Counted from the first letter of the stretch, positions 18,246-28,502 are shown. The stretch is DNA of 52,744 nucleotides from an uncultured Candidatus Bathyarchaeia archaeon (GCA_964464765.1 CAYXJU010000002.1:1-52744), one strand, 5' to 3'. Made by a program: numbers and translations. The notes: generated by a model not told the origin, from the sequence alone.

Positions 18246-19148
18246 TTAGGAGATAGCTTTTAGTTGACTCACGTTTCCAAGATACGTTCCATCAAGCATG
18301 TGAACTTCAGCCTTCTCCATATCGATGCTTTGTGAACGCAGTATTGGACCTATGTACTCTTGTCTGAGTCTTGACTTGGTCCAAGATCCTCTTCTGTTTA
18401 TGGCTTGCCCACCGATGAAGTCATTGAAGCACGGTAGTATTATGCACTTTGAAGTTTTGAGTTCAACACTAAAACGTTCTCTTAGCTCAGTCTCTACTGA
18501 ATGAACCATCTTTATTTTCAGGCGTTTTAGAAGTGCTTGAGCAAGATTCTTTCTGTTGCACTCGGCTTTGACCCAAACCTGCCTCACAGCTCTCAGACCC
18601 AAAGGATCTGAGAAGACCACTACTGGATGAACATGACCCATCACCAAAGTTGAACAGCTCAAGAGTTCTGGTGATGGCCAAGCGTGACCGTGCACAAGCG
18701 CCACATCTCCAAGCACATTCACTCCGGAGGTTGGTAGAATCAGAACATCTCTAGGGGTTAATGGTTCCAGATTACCGTCATGGTTTCCAGGCACTACCTT
18801 GACTGTGGGAACCAGTCTGATTGCTTTCTCAAGAAATTCAGGCACGTCCCGCCATTCCTCAGGTTCGACTTTGGCAACCGCGTGTTTCACGTCGCCCAAT
18901 ATCACTAGTTCGGTAGGTGACACGACACGAACGATCTGTTCAAGCTTCTGTACGAGTTTCGTCGTTTGCGATGGGATGTGTATTCCCTGTTCAGATAGCG
19001 CGACCTCCCATCCTATATGAAGGTCGGCTATCACTAGTATCCGGTCCGCCTCGTTTCGGATCAGCAAAGCAGGATAGGGGCTGACTGGTTCAAGGACTGG
19101 TTGCAGGTTGTCATGCCTCCCGAAAGACTCTGATATTGTTGATATCAC
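18246..19148 (-). CDS. Calcineurin-like metallophosphoesterase (SbcD/Mre11-related, MPE-like)
   Basis: 300 aa with the ordered motifs LVIADLHIGWE, ILGDVKH, PGNHD, LVHGHAW and GHVHP. Confidence 0.8.
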   Translation of the reverse strand: MISTISESFGRHDNLQPVLEPVSPYPALLIRNEADRILVIADLHIGWEVALSEQGIHIPSQTTKLVQKLEQIVRVVSPTELVILGDVKHAVAKVEPEEWRDVPEFLEKAIRLVPTVKVVPGNHDGNLEPLTPRDVLILPTSGVNVLGDVALVHGHAWPSPELLSCSTLVMGHVHPVVVFSDPLGLRAVRQVWVKAECNRKNLAQALLKRLKIKMVHSVETELRERFSVELKTSKCIILPCFNDFIGGQAINRRGSWTKSRLRQEYIGPILRSQSIDMEKAEVHMLDGTYLGNVSQLKAIS

Positions 19149-19216
19149 TTGGAAAATTGCATGTTAAACGTTTTTACCACAGATTTCCGTAGCTCTTTTG
19201 AGTAAACCCTCAGAGA

Positions 19217-19657
19217 TTGCTGTGGATGTCTAAGCCTGGCACGAAGGAACTGGAATTCTTACAGAGGATCTGTGACAGAATTCAAGAGACTGGAGAACTT
19301 CCTAGCCAACGCGATTTGAAGCTTCAGCCTTCCTTCCAGAAGAGGTTAGAGAAGGCTGTGAGAATTGTGGAGAATCGATCTGTCAGTAAATACACGTTTA
19401 CTCCAAGCGGGAGAATTGTCTGGACGGTTAAGGGTCGATCCGGGGAGTATCAGACAATTCCTGAGACAAATTTCTGCAGTTGTGACGATTTCTATTTTAG
19501 AGTAATGGGGTTCAAAAGGCAGGTCTGCTATCACATAATCGCCCAGAAGATTGCAGATATCCTGAAACTCTACATTGAACATGCATTGAAGGACAGTGAC
19601 TATGACCGGATAACGGAGAAGTGGAGGCTGAAAGAATCTTCAGCAAGCGAAGAGTAG
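19217..19657 (+). CDS. SWIM zinc-finger protein
   Basis: 146 aa. FCSCDDFYFRVMGFKRQVCYHIIA matches the CxC-x(n)-CxH SWIM signature. The start may be the ATG at 19226. Confidence 0.7.
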   Translation: MLWMSKPGTKELEFLQRICDRIQETGELPSQRDLKLQPSFQKRLEKAVRIVENRSVSKYTFTPSGRIVWTVKGRSGEYQTIPETNFCSCDDFYFRVMGFKRQVCYHIIAQKIADILKLYIEHALKDSDYDRITEKWRLKESSASEE

Positions 19658-19684
19658 AAGCTATGTTTTTAAACACAAAGAAGC

Positions 19685-19828
19685 ATGTTAACGGCGCAAT
19701 TTGAGGCGGACCATTTGACACCTGACGAGTTCTACAGCGTGGTTCAAATGACGAGTCTGGTTCTAGTATTCGTTACGATGTTGCTGCTCTTCGCTCACAT
19801 AGCCTATGAACGAACTGAGAAGACGTAG
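19685..19828 (+). CDS. Possible 47-aa single-pass membrane peptide
   Basis: ATG..TAG ORF below the track cutoff: MLTAQFEADHLTPDEFYSVVQMTSLVLVFVTMLLLFAHIAYERTEKT. Only ORF shape and one TM helix support it. Confidence 0.2.
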   Translation: MLTAQFEADHLTPDEFYSVVQMTSLVLVFVTMLLLFAHIAYERTEKT

Positions 19829-19950
19829 TTACAGAGGTTTCTAAACAACTCAATCGATCATGTGGTTTGGATGCTGTTCTACTAGCATTCGGAATATTCA
19901 ATAGAGTAGAATATTTGTCAGTGTGTCAACTCTTCGAGAACTGAAAATGA

Positions 19951-22800
19951 ATGTCAGATAGCGTATTTTCTCTTCTCAAGAAGCCGATCAGGTCTAAGCT
20001 GGAGAAGGAAGAGGTAACTGTTCCAAGTGAAATTCAGAAGCTGGCGATTCCGGCCATACTCAGCGGTAGGAATACACTGATAATCGCTCCTACTGGAACT
20101 GGCAAAACATACGCGGCCGTGCTGCCGGTGCTCGACCTTTTTCTTTCTGCAAGAGCCGACATGAAAGGTCATGGCATTTCGATTCTCTATGTTACTCCTC
20201 TTCGAGCGTTGAACCGAGACCTTCTAAGAAGACTCTCTGAGATGGGTCAGGATCTGGATGTTGATATTCAGGTCAGACATGGCGACACTCCGGCCAGAAC
20301 AAGAATGTTGCAGGCAAAGTTTCCTCCTGACATGCTAATTACGACGCCTGAGACGTTGCAAGCGATTCTACCTGGAAAGAAGATGAGAATGCATCTCAAG
20401 AGCGTGCGATGGGTAATAGTGGATGAGATTCATGAACTCGTTACCGACAAGAGAGGCGTTCAGCTTTCGGTAGCTCTTGAAAGACTTGAAGAACTTGTGG
20501 GAAAACCATTCCAGCGGATAGGTCTCTCAGCAACTATCGGTGACGTAGAAAAAGTCGCAAGTTTTCTCGGAGGATTGGGGAGAGACGTACAGATCTTGAA
20601 GGCTGAGCATCTCAAGAAACTGCGAGTAGACGTTGAATTCTTGGCACCCTCCAAGAACGACGATGATAAGGCCTCTGAACTCGGAATCCCGCCAGCCACT
20701 GTGGCCAGAGTCAAGAGAATCTGTGAAATGATAAACGAACATAAGTCCAGTCTTGTCTTCACAAATACGCGGGAACATGCGGAGGCGTTAGGAGTACAGA
20801 TCCAAGCGATTTGCGGTGACATCCCTGTCAAGGTCCATCATGGATCGCTGTCGCGAGAAATACGTGAAGAAGTCGAACGAAGCTTTCAAGCCGGTTCAAC
20901 GAGAAGTGTGGTTTGCACTTCATCCTTGGAATTGGGAATTGACGTGGGCTCTGTGGACTTCATCATTCAGTTCATGTCCCCACGACAGGCGACTCGACTG
21001 ATCCAGCGAGTTGGAAGAAGTGGACACAGGGTCGAGGCTGAGTCGAGAGGATGTATCGTATCGGCTTGGGCCGATGATATTCTAGAATCGTCTGTGATTG
21101 TAGATCACTCCATTCAAGAGATTTTGGAACCTTCAAAGATACACATGAACGCACTTGATGTGCTGGCTCACCAAATCGTCGGGATAACGCTGGATGTCAG
21201 ACCTGTAACTCTTGAAGATGTCTATGGAATAGTGAGGAAAGCGTATCCCTACAAAGACCTTCAGATCGAGGTGTTCACAGCCACAATTCAACAATTGGTG
21301 AATGAGAGACTTTTGAGGAGCCGAGATGGTAGGCTTCAGCCTGTTTTTCCGAAGGTCTACTCTTACTATTATGAAAACCTCTCCGTAATACCTGATGTGA
21401 AACGGTACACAGTTATCGACTTTGTGAGAAAGCGTAGGATTGGGACCCTAGATCAAGAGTTTGTAGCGCGCAGATGCAAATCGGGCAATGAATTTGTGAT
21501 GCATGGTCAAACTTGGAAGGTGATTGTGGTCAACGAGCAGGATCTGTCGGTTCAAGTTGAGCCGACAAACCCAAGTCTAAATGCGATCCCGAGTTGGGAG
21601 GGAGAGATAATACCTGTGGATTTTCTTGTTGCAACAAAGGTGGGCCAGCTAAGAGAGACTCTTGCAGAAGAATCGGAAACCGATAAGCAAATAGAACTTC
21701 AGACCAGTTTTCACGTTAACGAGTTAGCCATCTCCAAGATCTTGGACACTATTAGAACGCAGAAGAAAGATTATCCAATTCCAACAGCTAAGAGAATCGT
21801 TGTAGAGAACTATGAGAACTGCACAGTGGTCCATTCGTGTTTTGGAAACCTCGTTAACGAGACTCTGGCTATCGCGTTGGCGACACTTCTTAGCGCAAAA
21901 CTAGGAGTGAACATCACCACGCAGACTGACGCCTATCGAACAGCATTGATAAGCCCTTATGGAATCGAACCTTCTATAGTGGCAAAGGAACTTTCCAAGC
22001 TCACGCCTGAGGATTTGAAATCCATCATAGATGAGGCAATTCATAGAACGGATCTATTCGCATGGAGAAACTGGCACGTTGCAAGAAGATTTGGAGCCGT
22101 TCAGAAGTCAGCAGACTACAAATCATCGAGAGGTAGGCTACTGGCAGATGTGTATAGGGAATCCCCTATTGGAAGCGAAACAAGAAATGAGATCTACTTG
22201 GAGAAACTGGACCTAGAGAATGCGACAACAGTGCTTTCGAAGGTTCAGAGTCATGAGATAACTATCGATGTCACAGAGCAGATAGGAGAAGTCTGCTCTC
22301 CACTTGCGCTTCCAATGATAGACAAGATAGTCCCGCATGGAATGCTCAGACCAGCGGTGCCAACATCTTCACTTGTCGAGATTATTAGAGAACGTCTCGA
22401 ATCTCAGACGGTTCGATTTGTCTGCATATTCAATGCTGATTGGGATGCAATCAGAGTTGTGAAGACTTTACCCGAAAGGATAAAGTGCCCACATTGCAGG
22501 TCAACGCTGGTGGCCGCTACCTACCGCACAGACAACGACCTCATCGCAATCTCCAGAAAGAAAAAACATGGAAGGAGCCTGTCTGATTTGGAGAGAGAAC
22601 ATTGGGACAGGGCGTGGCGGTCCGCTAGTCTGGTTCAGGTGTCAGGAAGGAAAGCCGTACTTGCAATGAGCGGGAGAGGCGTTGGGCCTGTGACTGCAGC
22701 TAGAATCTTAAGGAAGTCGTTCAGGAATGATAACGAGTTCTACGTGGAAATACTCAAGGCCGAAAGGGAATATGCTCGAACCAGACTCTTCTGGGATTGA
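19951..22800 (+). CDS. lhr: Lhr-family ATP-dependent DEAD/DEAH-box (SF2) helicase
   Basis: 949 aa. Motifs: I APTGTGKT, II DEIHE, III SATIG, HHGSLSREIR, VI QRVGRSGH. A long Lhr-type C-terminal extension carries a CPHCRS Zn motif. Confidence 0.9.
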   Translation: MSDSVFSLLKKPIRSKLEKEEVTVPSEIQKLAIPAILSGRNTLIIAPTGTGKTYAAVLPVLDLFLSARADMKGHGISILYVTPLRALNRDLLRRLSEMGQDLDVDIQVRHGDTPARTRMLQAKFPPDMLITTPETLQAILPGKKMRMHLKSVRWVIVDEIHELVTDKRGVQLSVALERLEELVGKPFQRIGLSATIGDVEKVASFLGGLGRDVQILKAEHLKKLRVDVEFLAPSKNDDDKASELGIPPATVARVKRICEMINEHKSSLVFTNTREHAEALGVQIQAICGDIPVKVHHGSLSREIREEVERSFQAGSTRSVVCTSSLELGIDVGSVDFIIQFMSPRQATRLIQRVGRSGHRVEAESRGCIVSAWADDILESSVIVDHSIQEILEPSKIHMNALDVLAHQIVGITLDVRPVTLEDVYGIVRKAYPYKDLQIEVFTATIQQLVNERLLRSRDGRLQPVFPKVYSYYYENLSVIPDVKRYTVIDFVRKRRIGTLDQEFVARRCKSGNEFVMHGQTWKVIVVNEQDLSVQVEPTNPSLNAIPSWEGEIIPVDFLVATKVGQLRETLAEESETDKQIELQTSFHVNELAISKILDTIRTQKKDYPIPTAKRIVVENYENCTVVHSCFGNLVNETLAIALATLLSAKLGVNITTQTDAYRTALISPYGIEPSIVAKELSKLTPEDLKSIIDEAIHRTDLFAWRNWHVARRFGAVQKSADYKSSRGRLLADVYRESPIGSETRNEIYLEKLDLENATTVLSKVQSHEITIDVTEQIGEVCSPLALPMIDKIVPHGMLRPAVPTSSLVEIIRERLESQTVRFVCIFNADWDAIRVVKTLPERIKCPHCRSTLVAATYRTDNDLIAISRKKKHGRSLSDLEREHWDRAWRSASLVQVSGRKAVLAMSGRGVGPVTAARILRKSFRNDNEFYVEILKAEREYARTRLFWD

Positions 22801-22871
22801 CAGATCGGAACACTGAGACCTGCATTATCTCTTATAGAACCTTTTTAAGCGTATCACGAAAGAATGTTTGA

Positions 22872-23114
22872 ATGGGTAATGAATGGTTGCCCACAGCGTT
22901 TGTTCTAGTCAACGCGGAACTCGGTTACGAAGAAGAAGTGATACGTGAAATCAGAAAGCTTACGGATGTCAAGGAAGCCCATTTGGTCTATGGAATGTAT
23001 GACATCATAGTCAAGATCGAAGGTCCCTCAGTGGAAAAAGTGAAGGAGACTGTGAACTCGAAGATTAGGAAGATGGACAAGATACGTTCCACTCTTACAA
23101 TGATCGCTCCGTAG
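22872..23114 (+). CDS. Stand-alone Lrp/AsnC ligand-binding (RAM) domain protein
   Basis: 80 aa. AFVLVNAELG...VKEAHLVYGMYDIIVKIEG...IRSTLTM. It is a paralogue of 11980-12219. Confidence 0.7.
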   Translation: MGNEWLPTAFVLVNAELGYEEEVIREIRKLTDVKEAHLVYGMYDIIVKIEGPSVEKVKETVNSKIRKMDKIRSTLTMIAP

Positions 23115-23249
23115 ATTCGCTGGTGTGCCATGGATAACTCAACCTTTTTTCTTCTTCTAGAAACACCAAGTACGAGAGGTAGATGACCTCCCTTCACAAA
23201 TTGTTCTAGACACAATCGAATGAGATCGATCTAGAGGTATTCGCATCAA

Positions 23250-24806
23250 ATGGGAAGTGAAGAGGTCATCAAGAGGATACTTGCGAAACGTCCTGACATT
23301 GCGAGATCCGTGCTTGAATCAATGATTGTGAAGAAGAAAGAAGCTTCTGGTGACCTCCTATCATTCGAAGGCGCAGCTCATCTTGTAGCCCAAGATTTTC
23401 TTGTGGAGACGTCCGTGACAAGAAAGGATGGCCTCAAGATTTCCGATATGGTCCCACAACTCGGCGATGCCACACTCATTGCGCGCGTCGTTGCTGCTTG
23501 GCCCAAACAGAGGTTTAAGAGAAAGGATGAAACAGAGGGAACTTTCATTCGACTTCTCCTTGGGGATAAGACTGGAACGCTCACTTGCCTAGTATGGAAC
23601 TCTAACACAATACAGACCTTGGAATCAAGTGACATAGAAGGGAAAATGGTGAGAGTGGCTCACGGATACACACGTGAAGGATTGTCAGATAGAGTTGAAC
23701 TTCACGTGGGAGACCGAGGAGACGTTACGTTACTTACCGAAACTGCTGAAGCCGAGTCTCATCCGCCTGTTGAAGCGTTCATAAAAAGTGTAGATCAGCT
23801 CTCGGATCAAGACCAAATTTCCAGTCTTCAAGGAACTGTCGTGGCCATGCCAGTTATCTCTTCGTTCGAAAAAGACGGGATCGCAGGCACTGTCATCAGG
23901 ATGTTGATCGAAGATAGTACTGGTAGTGCAACTGTTGTGGCTTGGAACGAGAAGGCAGATGAGCTTAAGACCGTCAGGGTGGGCGACACGGCCCGCGTGA
24001 TGAATGGCAGAGTAAGAAGGTCCGCAGACGGGCAATTCGAGTTGCATTTGGATAAGCGAAGCCTAGTTAGATTACTCGGAACTCCGAGGAAACTGCCATC
24101 ATCAAAACCTTCGGTTTCGATAGCTGAAATCAAGCCCACAAATCGATTGGTGAACGTCGTGGGCCGGGTATTATCTACCGCATCCGCTCGAGAGATCCAG
24201 ACGAAATCAGGAGAAAAATTGCGAGTTTCAAGCATTCTGATCGGCGATAAGACTGGATTGGTTCCTGTGACACTTTGGAGAGGAAAAGCGGAGTTGGCGG
24301 ACAGATTGAAGGAGGACACCGTAGTTTTTATCGAGAATGCTCAGACTCGGGAGAGATATGACGAAGTCGGTTTAGACGTTGGTGAGTCGGGAAACGCGAT
24401 CTTTGATTCGGACTTGCTGAACATGTCGGGTCCAGGGCAGCCGCCTATCACGCAGATCGGACAGTTGAAGAAGAATAAGGCCCCGATCATCGTAGAGGGT
24501 GTGATCGTTGAAGAAGCCGTGCTTAAGGAAGTGGAACTTAAGAATGGAAGCAAAACACAACTCGCAACCTTCAGGATCAGGGATGCAAGCGAAACCGTTA
24601 GAGTCACTTTTTGGAGAGACTTGGCTAAGGTTGCAAAGCCACTGAAAAAAGGAGACCGAGTCAGGATTATAGGAGTAAGAACGAAAGAAGGGTTCTCAGA
24701 CAAGTGGGAACTACATTCAAGTTCGCTAACATCTTTGAAATTGATTGGCAAGGAACCCGTGGGTACCCCAAGCGCAGACAATTCAAATTCTGTTTTGTTA
24801 GAATAA
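23250..24806 (+). CDS. Replication protein A (RPA/RFA) with multiple OB folds
   Basis: 518 aa. The N-terminal helical region (EEVIKRILAKRPDI...FEGAAHLVAQDF) is followed by four repeats of the OB pattern (e.g. TFIRLLLGDKTGTLTCLVWNS, VIRMLIEDSTGSATVVAWNE, VSSILIGDKTGLVPVTLWRG, ATFRIRDASETVRVTFWRD). Confidence 0.8.
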   Translation: MGSEEVIKRILAKRPDIARSVLESMIVKKKEASGDLLSFEGAAHLVAQDFLVETSVTRKDGLKISDMVPQLGDATLIARVVAAWPKQRFKRKDETEGTFIRLLLGDKTGTLTCLVWNSNTIQTLESSDIEGKMVRVAHGYTREGLSDRVELHVGDRGDVTLLTETAEAESHPPVEAFIKSVDQLSDQDQISSLQGTVVAMPVISSFEKDGIAGTVIRMLIEDSTGSATVVAWNEKADELKTVRVGDTARVMNGRVRRSADGQFELHLDKRSLVRLLGTPRKLPSSKPSVSIAEIKPTNRLVNVVGRVLSTASAREIQTKSGEKLRVSSILIGDKTGLVPVTLWRGKAELADRLKEDTVVFIENAQTRERYDEVGLDVGESGNAIFDSDLLNMSGPGQPPITQIGQLKKNKAPIIVEGVIVEEAVLKEVELKNGSKTQLATFRIRDASETVRVTFWRDLAKVAKPLKKGDRVRIIGVRTKEGFSDKWELHSSSLTSLKLIGKEPVGTPSADNSNSVLLE

Positions 24807-24834
24807 AACTAGAAGTTGATCGAGCTGAATTAGA

Positions 24835-25296
24835 TTGCTTGCGATGAAAGTTGGCAGAGATGTCTTCGACTATATAAACAGCATGAGGAACCCCGCTGTA
24901 AAACAGAAGACGAAAAAAAGAATCCAAGAATACAATGTCAATCCAAACATTGTCGAAAGCTTCGAAAGAGTTGAGGAGAAAATCTTCTTCGTCATCATAT
25001 CGGCGGAATGGTCATCGGAAGGCCAAACCTGTATTTCAAGCATCGCCAAACTCTTAACAAGCACCAATAACGCTAACTTGGTCGCCAAGGTCTTGGATTA
25101 CAACCGTAACCAAGACATTGTCGAAGAACTTCGAGTGAGACGACCCCCTACGGTAATTGTCTACGACCGACAACAACACGAACTCGGAAGATACGTGCAA
25201 GATACATCGAGATTCTCGACTGTGGAAGAAGAAATACTCGACATCCTCAGGAGAGCCAATAAGATCAGCTACTCTGAAACACTGCGCTTCGGTTAG
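24835..25296 (+). CDS. Thioredoxin-fold protein lacking the CxxC active site
   Basis: 153 aa. FFVIISAEWSSEGQTC...RRPPTVIVYD...ELGRY follows a thioredoxin-like beta-alpha-beta layout, but WCxxC is replaced by WSSE. Confidence 0.4.
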   Translation: MLAMKVGRDVFDYINSMRNPAVKQKTKKRIQEYNVNPNIVESFERVEEKIFFVIISAEWSSEGQTCISSIAKLLTSTNNANLVAKVLDYNRNQDIVEELRVRRPPTVIVYDRQQHELGRYVQDTSRFSTVEEEILDILRRANKISYSETLRFG

Positions 25297-25407
25297 ATGA
25301 AAAGTCTCTAGAGAACCCCATGAAACGATCTGTCGATGCGTCTCACGATGTCGAATTTTTTCGAGAGATAGTCTTAAAAGCTTCTTACATGGTTTCAAAT
25401 AATTCTA

Positions 25408-25812
25408 TTGGAGGAAAAAGAAGATTCAAAATTGGTGGAGAGGCTATATCCTTACAAGCACATAGTCGCGACGTTTTTCGGCTGTGAAGCCAACCTCCTC
25501 GATAGAGACAACTTCCTCAAAGCTTCCCTTCTCGCTATTAACAAAGCAAACATGGCTCTTGCAGATGTTCCAAAAAATCCACTCGTCTACAAAGTCGATG
25601 AAGACATAATGGGTGGTGGCGTAAGTGTTAACGCGCTAATCACGACGAGCCATTTGACGGTTCATTCTGCTAAGGACTATTCATCTGTGGAATTCGACTG
25701 TGCAACGTGTGGTCCCGAAAGTCGCCCCGAAGAAGCTTTCAGAGTTTTCGAGGAATTCCTGAAACCAATGAAAGTGAAGATCTGGTTTAGGAAAGGAATA
25801 TCAATTCTCTAG
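25408..25812 (+). CDS. Pyruvoyl-dependent S-adenosylmethionine decarboxylase-like proenzyme (class 1 SpeH/SpeD-like)
   Basis: 134 aa. GGGVSVNALITTSHLTVHSAKDYSSVEFDCATCG aligns by eye with the AdoMetDC self-cleavage region (..l.ES-H...HT.pe......D..tCG). The site reads T-S rather than E-S. TTG start. Confidence 0.55.
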   Translation: MEEKEDSKLVERLYPYKHIVATFFGCEANLLDRDNFLKASLLAINKANMALADVPKNPLVYKVDEDIMGGGVSVNALITTSHLTVHSAKDYSSVEFDCATCGPESRPEEAFRVFEEFLKPMKVKIWFRKGISIL

Positions 25813-25941
25813 GAATACGATGCGCTATATTCTAAGCCCAACCTCAGTTAGCCTAGACCTACGGTAGACAATGCCGCTGGAGCAACGGATCCTGCCTTTG
25901 GATCGTCCGAGGCTTCCAAATTGTCTTAGAGATTATGCCCG

Positions 25942-27279
25942 CTACATATTCGGATAGAGTGGGAACTTTTTGCAGAGCTCCATGACTTGGCCGCGTATCT
26001 TTGCAAGCTGCTGGTTCTTCGATATATCTTGCTTGAATTTCTTAATGTACGCCGCTCTTTCATCCTTGTTCTCAGGTAACTGACAACCCTTAACCTCATT
26101 GACCACCTGAGCAATCCAACTGGCGATCAGTTCCATCTCTTTTTCCTTCATATTACGTGTCGTTATAGCTGGCGTGCCGAGTCGGATACCGCTTGGATAG
26201 AAGGGCGAGGAAGGTTCGGCGGGGATCGTGTTCTTGTTTACCGTGATGTTGGCAAGATCTAGGGCCTCTTGAACGAAGACTCCTTTGCCCTTACCATGGG
26301 GTGTAAGATCAATCAGAATCATATGATTGTCTGTGCCGTTTGTCACAATCTTAACGCCGTTGTCCATCAAACCCTTAGCCAAAGCCCTCGAGTTCTTCAC
26401 TATCTGTTGGCAATATGTCTTGAACTCTGGCTTCAACGCCTCGCCGAGCGTGACAGCGATGGCGGCCGTGGTGTGATCGTGTGGACCACCCTGTAGGCCG
26501 GGAAATATGGCTCTATCGATCTTCTCAGCAAGCTCGGGATCCTTCTTCAATCCCTTCTCCGTCACCATTATCATTCCTCCGCGTGGCCCCCGTAAAGTCT
26601 TGTGAGTCGTTGTGGTCACTATATGCGCGTAAGGAACTGGGCTCTTGTGAACCCCTGCCACCACGAGTCCTGCTATGTGAGCTATATCTGCGGCCAAGTA
26701 AGCACCGACACTATCTGCAATCTTTGCGAATTCCTCAAATGGAAACTCTCTAACATAAGCCGTCGATCCCACCCAGATAAGGCGAGGCTTATTCTCTTCT
26801 GCAAGTCTCTCTATTTCATCAAGATTCAAGTATCCATCCGGTCTCACGTGGTACGGGACACTCTTGAAGAACTGTCCAGTTACACTGACTTTCCAACCAT
26901 GTGTCAAGTGCCCACCGTCTGGCAGATTCTGTCCCATGATGGTGTCACCAACTTTGCAAGTCGCGACGTAAACTGCAAAGTTCGCTGGGCTGCCAGAGTA
27001 TGGTTGCACATTTGCGTGTGGAACGCCGAAAGCCTTCTTGGCTCGTTCAATCGCCAAGTTCTCGATGATGTCGATGAACTGGTTACCGCCATAGTATCTC
27101 TTTCCAGGATATCCTTCCGAATATTTGTTCGTACAAACAGAACCCATTGCCTCTAGGACTGATGGACTAGTGAAGTTCTCGGAAGGAATCATCTCCAAGC
27201 CGTTTCTCTGTCTGTTCAGCTCGTTTCTAATAATTCCGAAAATTTCAGGATCAGTCTTGCTGAGTGGATCTGAATTCAT
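25942..27279 (-). CDS. glyA: Serine hydroxymethyltransferase
   Basis: 445 aa. ELIPSENFTSPSVLEAMGS, YSGSPANFAVY and the PLP-lysine region VTTTTHKTLRGPRGG are present. Confidence 0.95.
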   Translation of the reverse strand: MNSDPLSKTDPEIFGIIRNELNRQRNGLEMIPSENFTSPSVLEAMGSVCTNKYSEGYPGKRYYGGNQFIDIIENLAIERAKKAFGVPHANVQPYSGSPANFAVYVATCKVGDTIMGQNLPDGGHLTHGWKVSVTGQFFKSVPYHVRPDGYLNLDEIERLAEENKPRLIWVGSTAYVREFPFEEFAKIADSVGAYLAADIAHIAGLVVAGVHKSPVPYAHIVTTTTHKTLRGPRGGMIMVTEKGLKKDPELAEKIDRAIFPGLQGGPHDHTTAAIAVTLGEALKPEFKTYCQQIVKNSRALAKGLMDNGVKIVTNGTDNHMILIDLTPHGKGKGVFVQEALDLANITVNKNTIPAEPSSPFYPSGIRLGTPAITTRNMKEKEMELIASWIAQVVNEVKGCQLPENKDERAAYIKKFKQDISKNQQLAKIRGQVMELCKKFPLYPNM

Positions 27280-27450
27280 TTTGAGTCATCTTCCGAAACG
27301 TTGAACCAGCTCTTTGTTGGGGTTTCAACATAAACCTTTCCCAATCGCGGCCTTCTCACTTCCACGCCACTTGACTAGAACGTTTTTCAGCGTTTATGCT
27401 TCAAGATACCGGCTTCTGCCTAGCTTGCTGGGTTCTCGTGTAAACCGTTT

Positions 27451-27729
27451 CTAGTCTTTCCTATTTAGCAGAATCTCGATTGTTGATATGCTTGCAGGCT
27501 TTCCATCGAGTCGTGTGATTTCCTCGGATCCTATAGCTATGGATCCGATTTCAAGGTTCTTCATAAAAGATCTTCTAAGCATCTCAACAACATCAACGGC
27601 TTTCGAAATTGTTTGTCCCCGCGCCCGAACAACGACCTGTCTAACCCCATGATTCACCAGAGTGACACATGCAACGACATAGTTCATAACAGGTTTTCTG
27701 CCGATACGCACCATGTTGCCCTGATCCAT
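27451..27729 (-). CDS. albA: Alba (Sso10b) DNA/RNA-binding chromatin protein
   Basis: 92 aa. NMVRIGRKPVMNYVVACVTLVNHG..QVVVRARGQTISKAVDVVEMLR is the Alba signature. Confidence 0.9.
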   Translation of the reverse strand: MDQGNMVRIGRKPVMNYVVACVTLVNHGVRQVVVRARGQTISKAVDVVEMLRRSFMKNLEIGSIAIGSEEITRLDGKPASISTIEILLNRKD

Positions 27730-27927
27730 CTTAATCCCCGATATCGAATTTGACCTGCGAGTCTTTGAAATTAGCTGAATCTATCAGAACATTGATTTGT
27801 TGGCTCTGCACGTTATAAGAGTAGCGTTGGCGAGTCATTTCAGACCCCGTAGCTTGGAGTTAGACTGTAGAATCAGTAAGGATGACTTTAAACAGCCATC
27901 GCATATTCATTCAGCGATGACTATTCC

Positions 27928-28470
27928 ATGCGTGAAGAGAGTTCAGATAATCTAGAGTCGGCTGATGTTGCTAAAAGAGAGATCCAAAGAATCTACAACA
28001 AGGATCCTAGGAAGTGGCATATTCTATCCGGAAGGGACTCTCATGGCTACAATGATCTTGTAGTTATGCATGGGAGCGATCTTTGGATCATCAAAGAACA
28101 GTTGATAAACCCATACAAGAGCGTAGGTTTTGCTGTAAAGACGGTTGGAAAGACACATGACGTAGAGAACATTGAATCATGTCAATACGGTGTGAGACCA
28201 GTGACTCGAACACAGATTGATCAGATCGTCGAAACGATCAATTCGGGAAGAATCGCTCATGAAGTTCTTTCTGAAATCATGAATCGTAGTCCGGTCTCTA
28301 TTCATGACGTCATGAGAAGCCCGGCTGCGATTCAAGGTCCGGTTGTGCATGTCAACCGACCGGGAGATCTTGTTTCGACAAAACAATGTGATCTGGATCT
28401 CAAGCTGAAGGTGGAGTTAGAGAAACTTCTGATGAGGAAATATCGGCAGACCGTCGTTCCGTACATATGA
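27928..28470 (+). CDS. Hypothetical protein
   Basis: 180-aa ORF with clean intergenic boundaries and no recognisable motif. It contains a 14-bp perfect palindrome, TCATGACGTCATGA, at 28302-28315. Confidence 0.4.
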   Translation: MREESSDNLESADVAKREIQRIYNKDPRKWHILSGRDSHGYNDLVVMHGSDLWIIKEQLINPYKSVGFAVKTVGKTHDVENIESCQYGVRPVTRTQIDQIVETINSGRIAHEVLSEIMNRSPVSIHDVMRSPAAIQGPVVHVNRPGDLVSTKQCDLDLKLKVELEKLLMRKYRQTVVPYI

Positions 28471-28502
28471 ACTGATGAAGATTTTGCAACGCGCCCTGAA
28501 CC

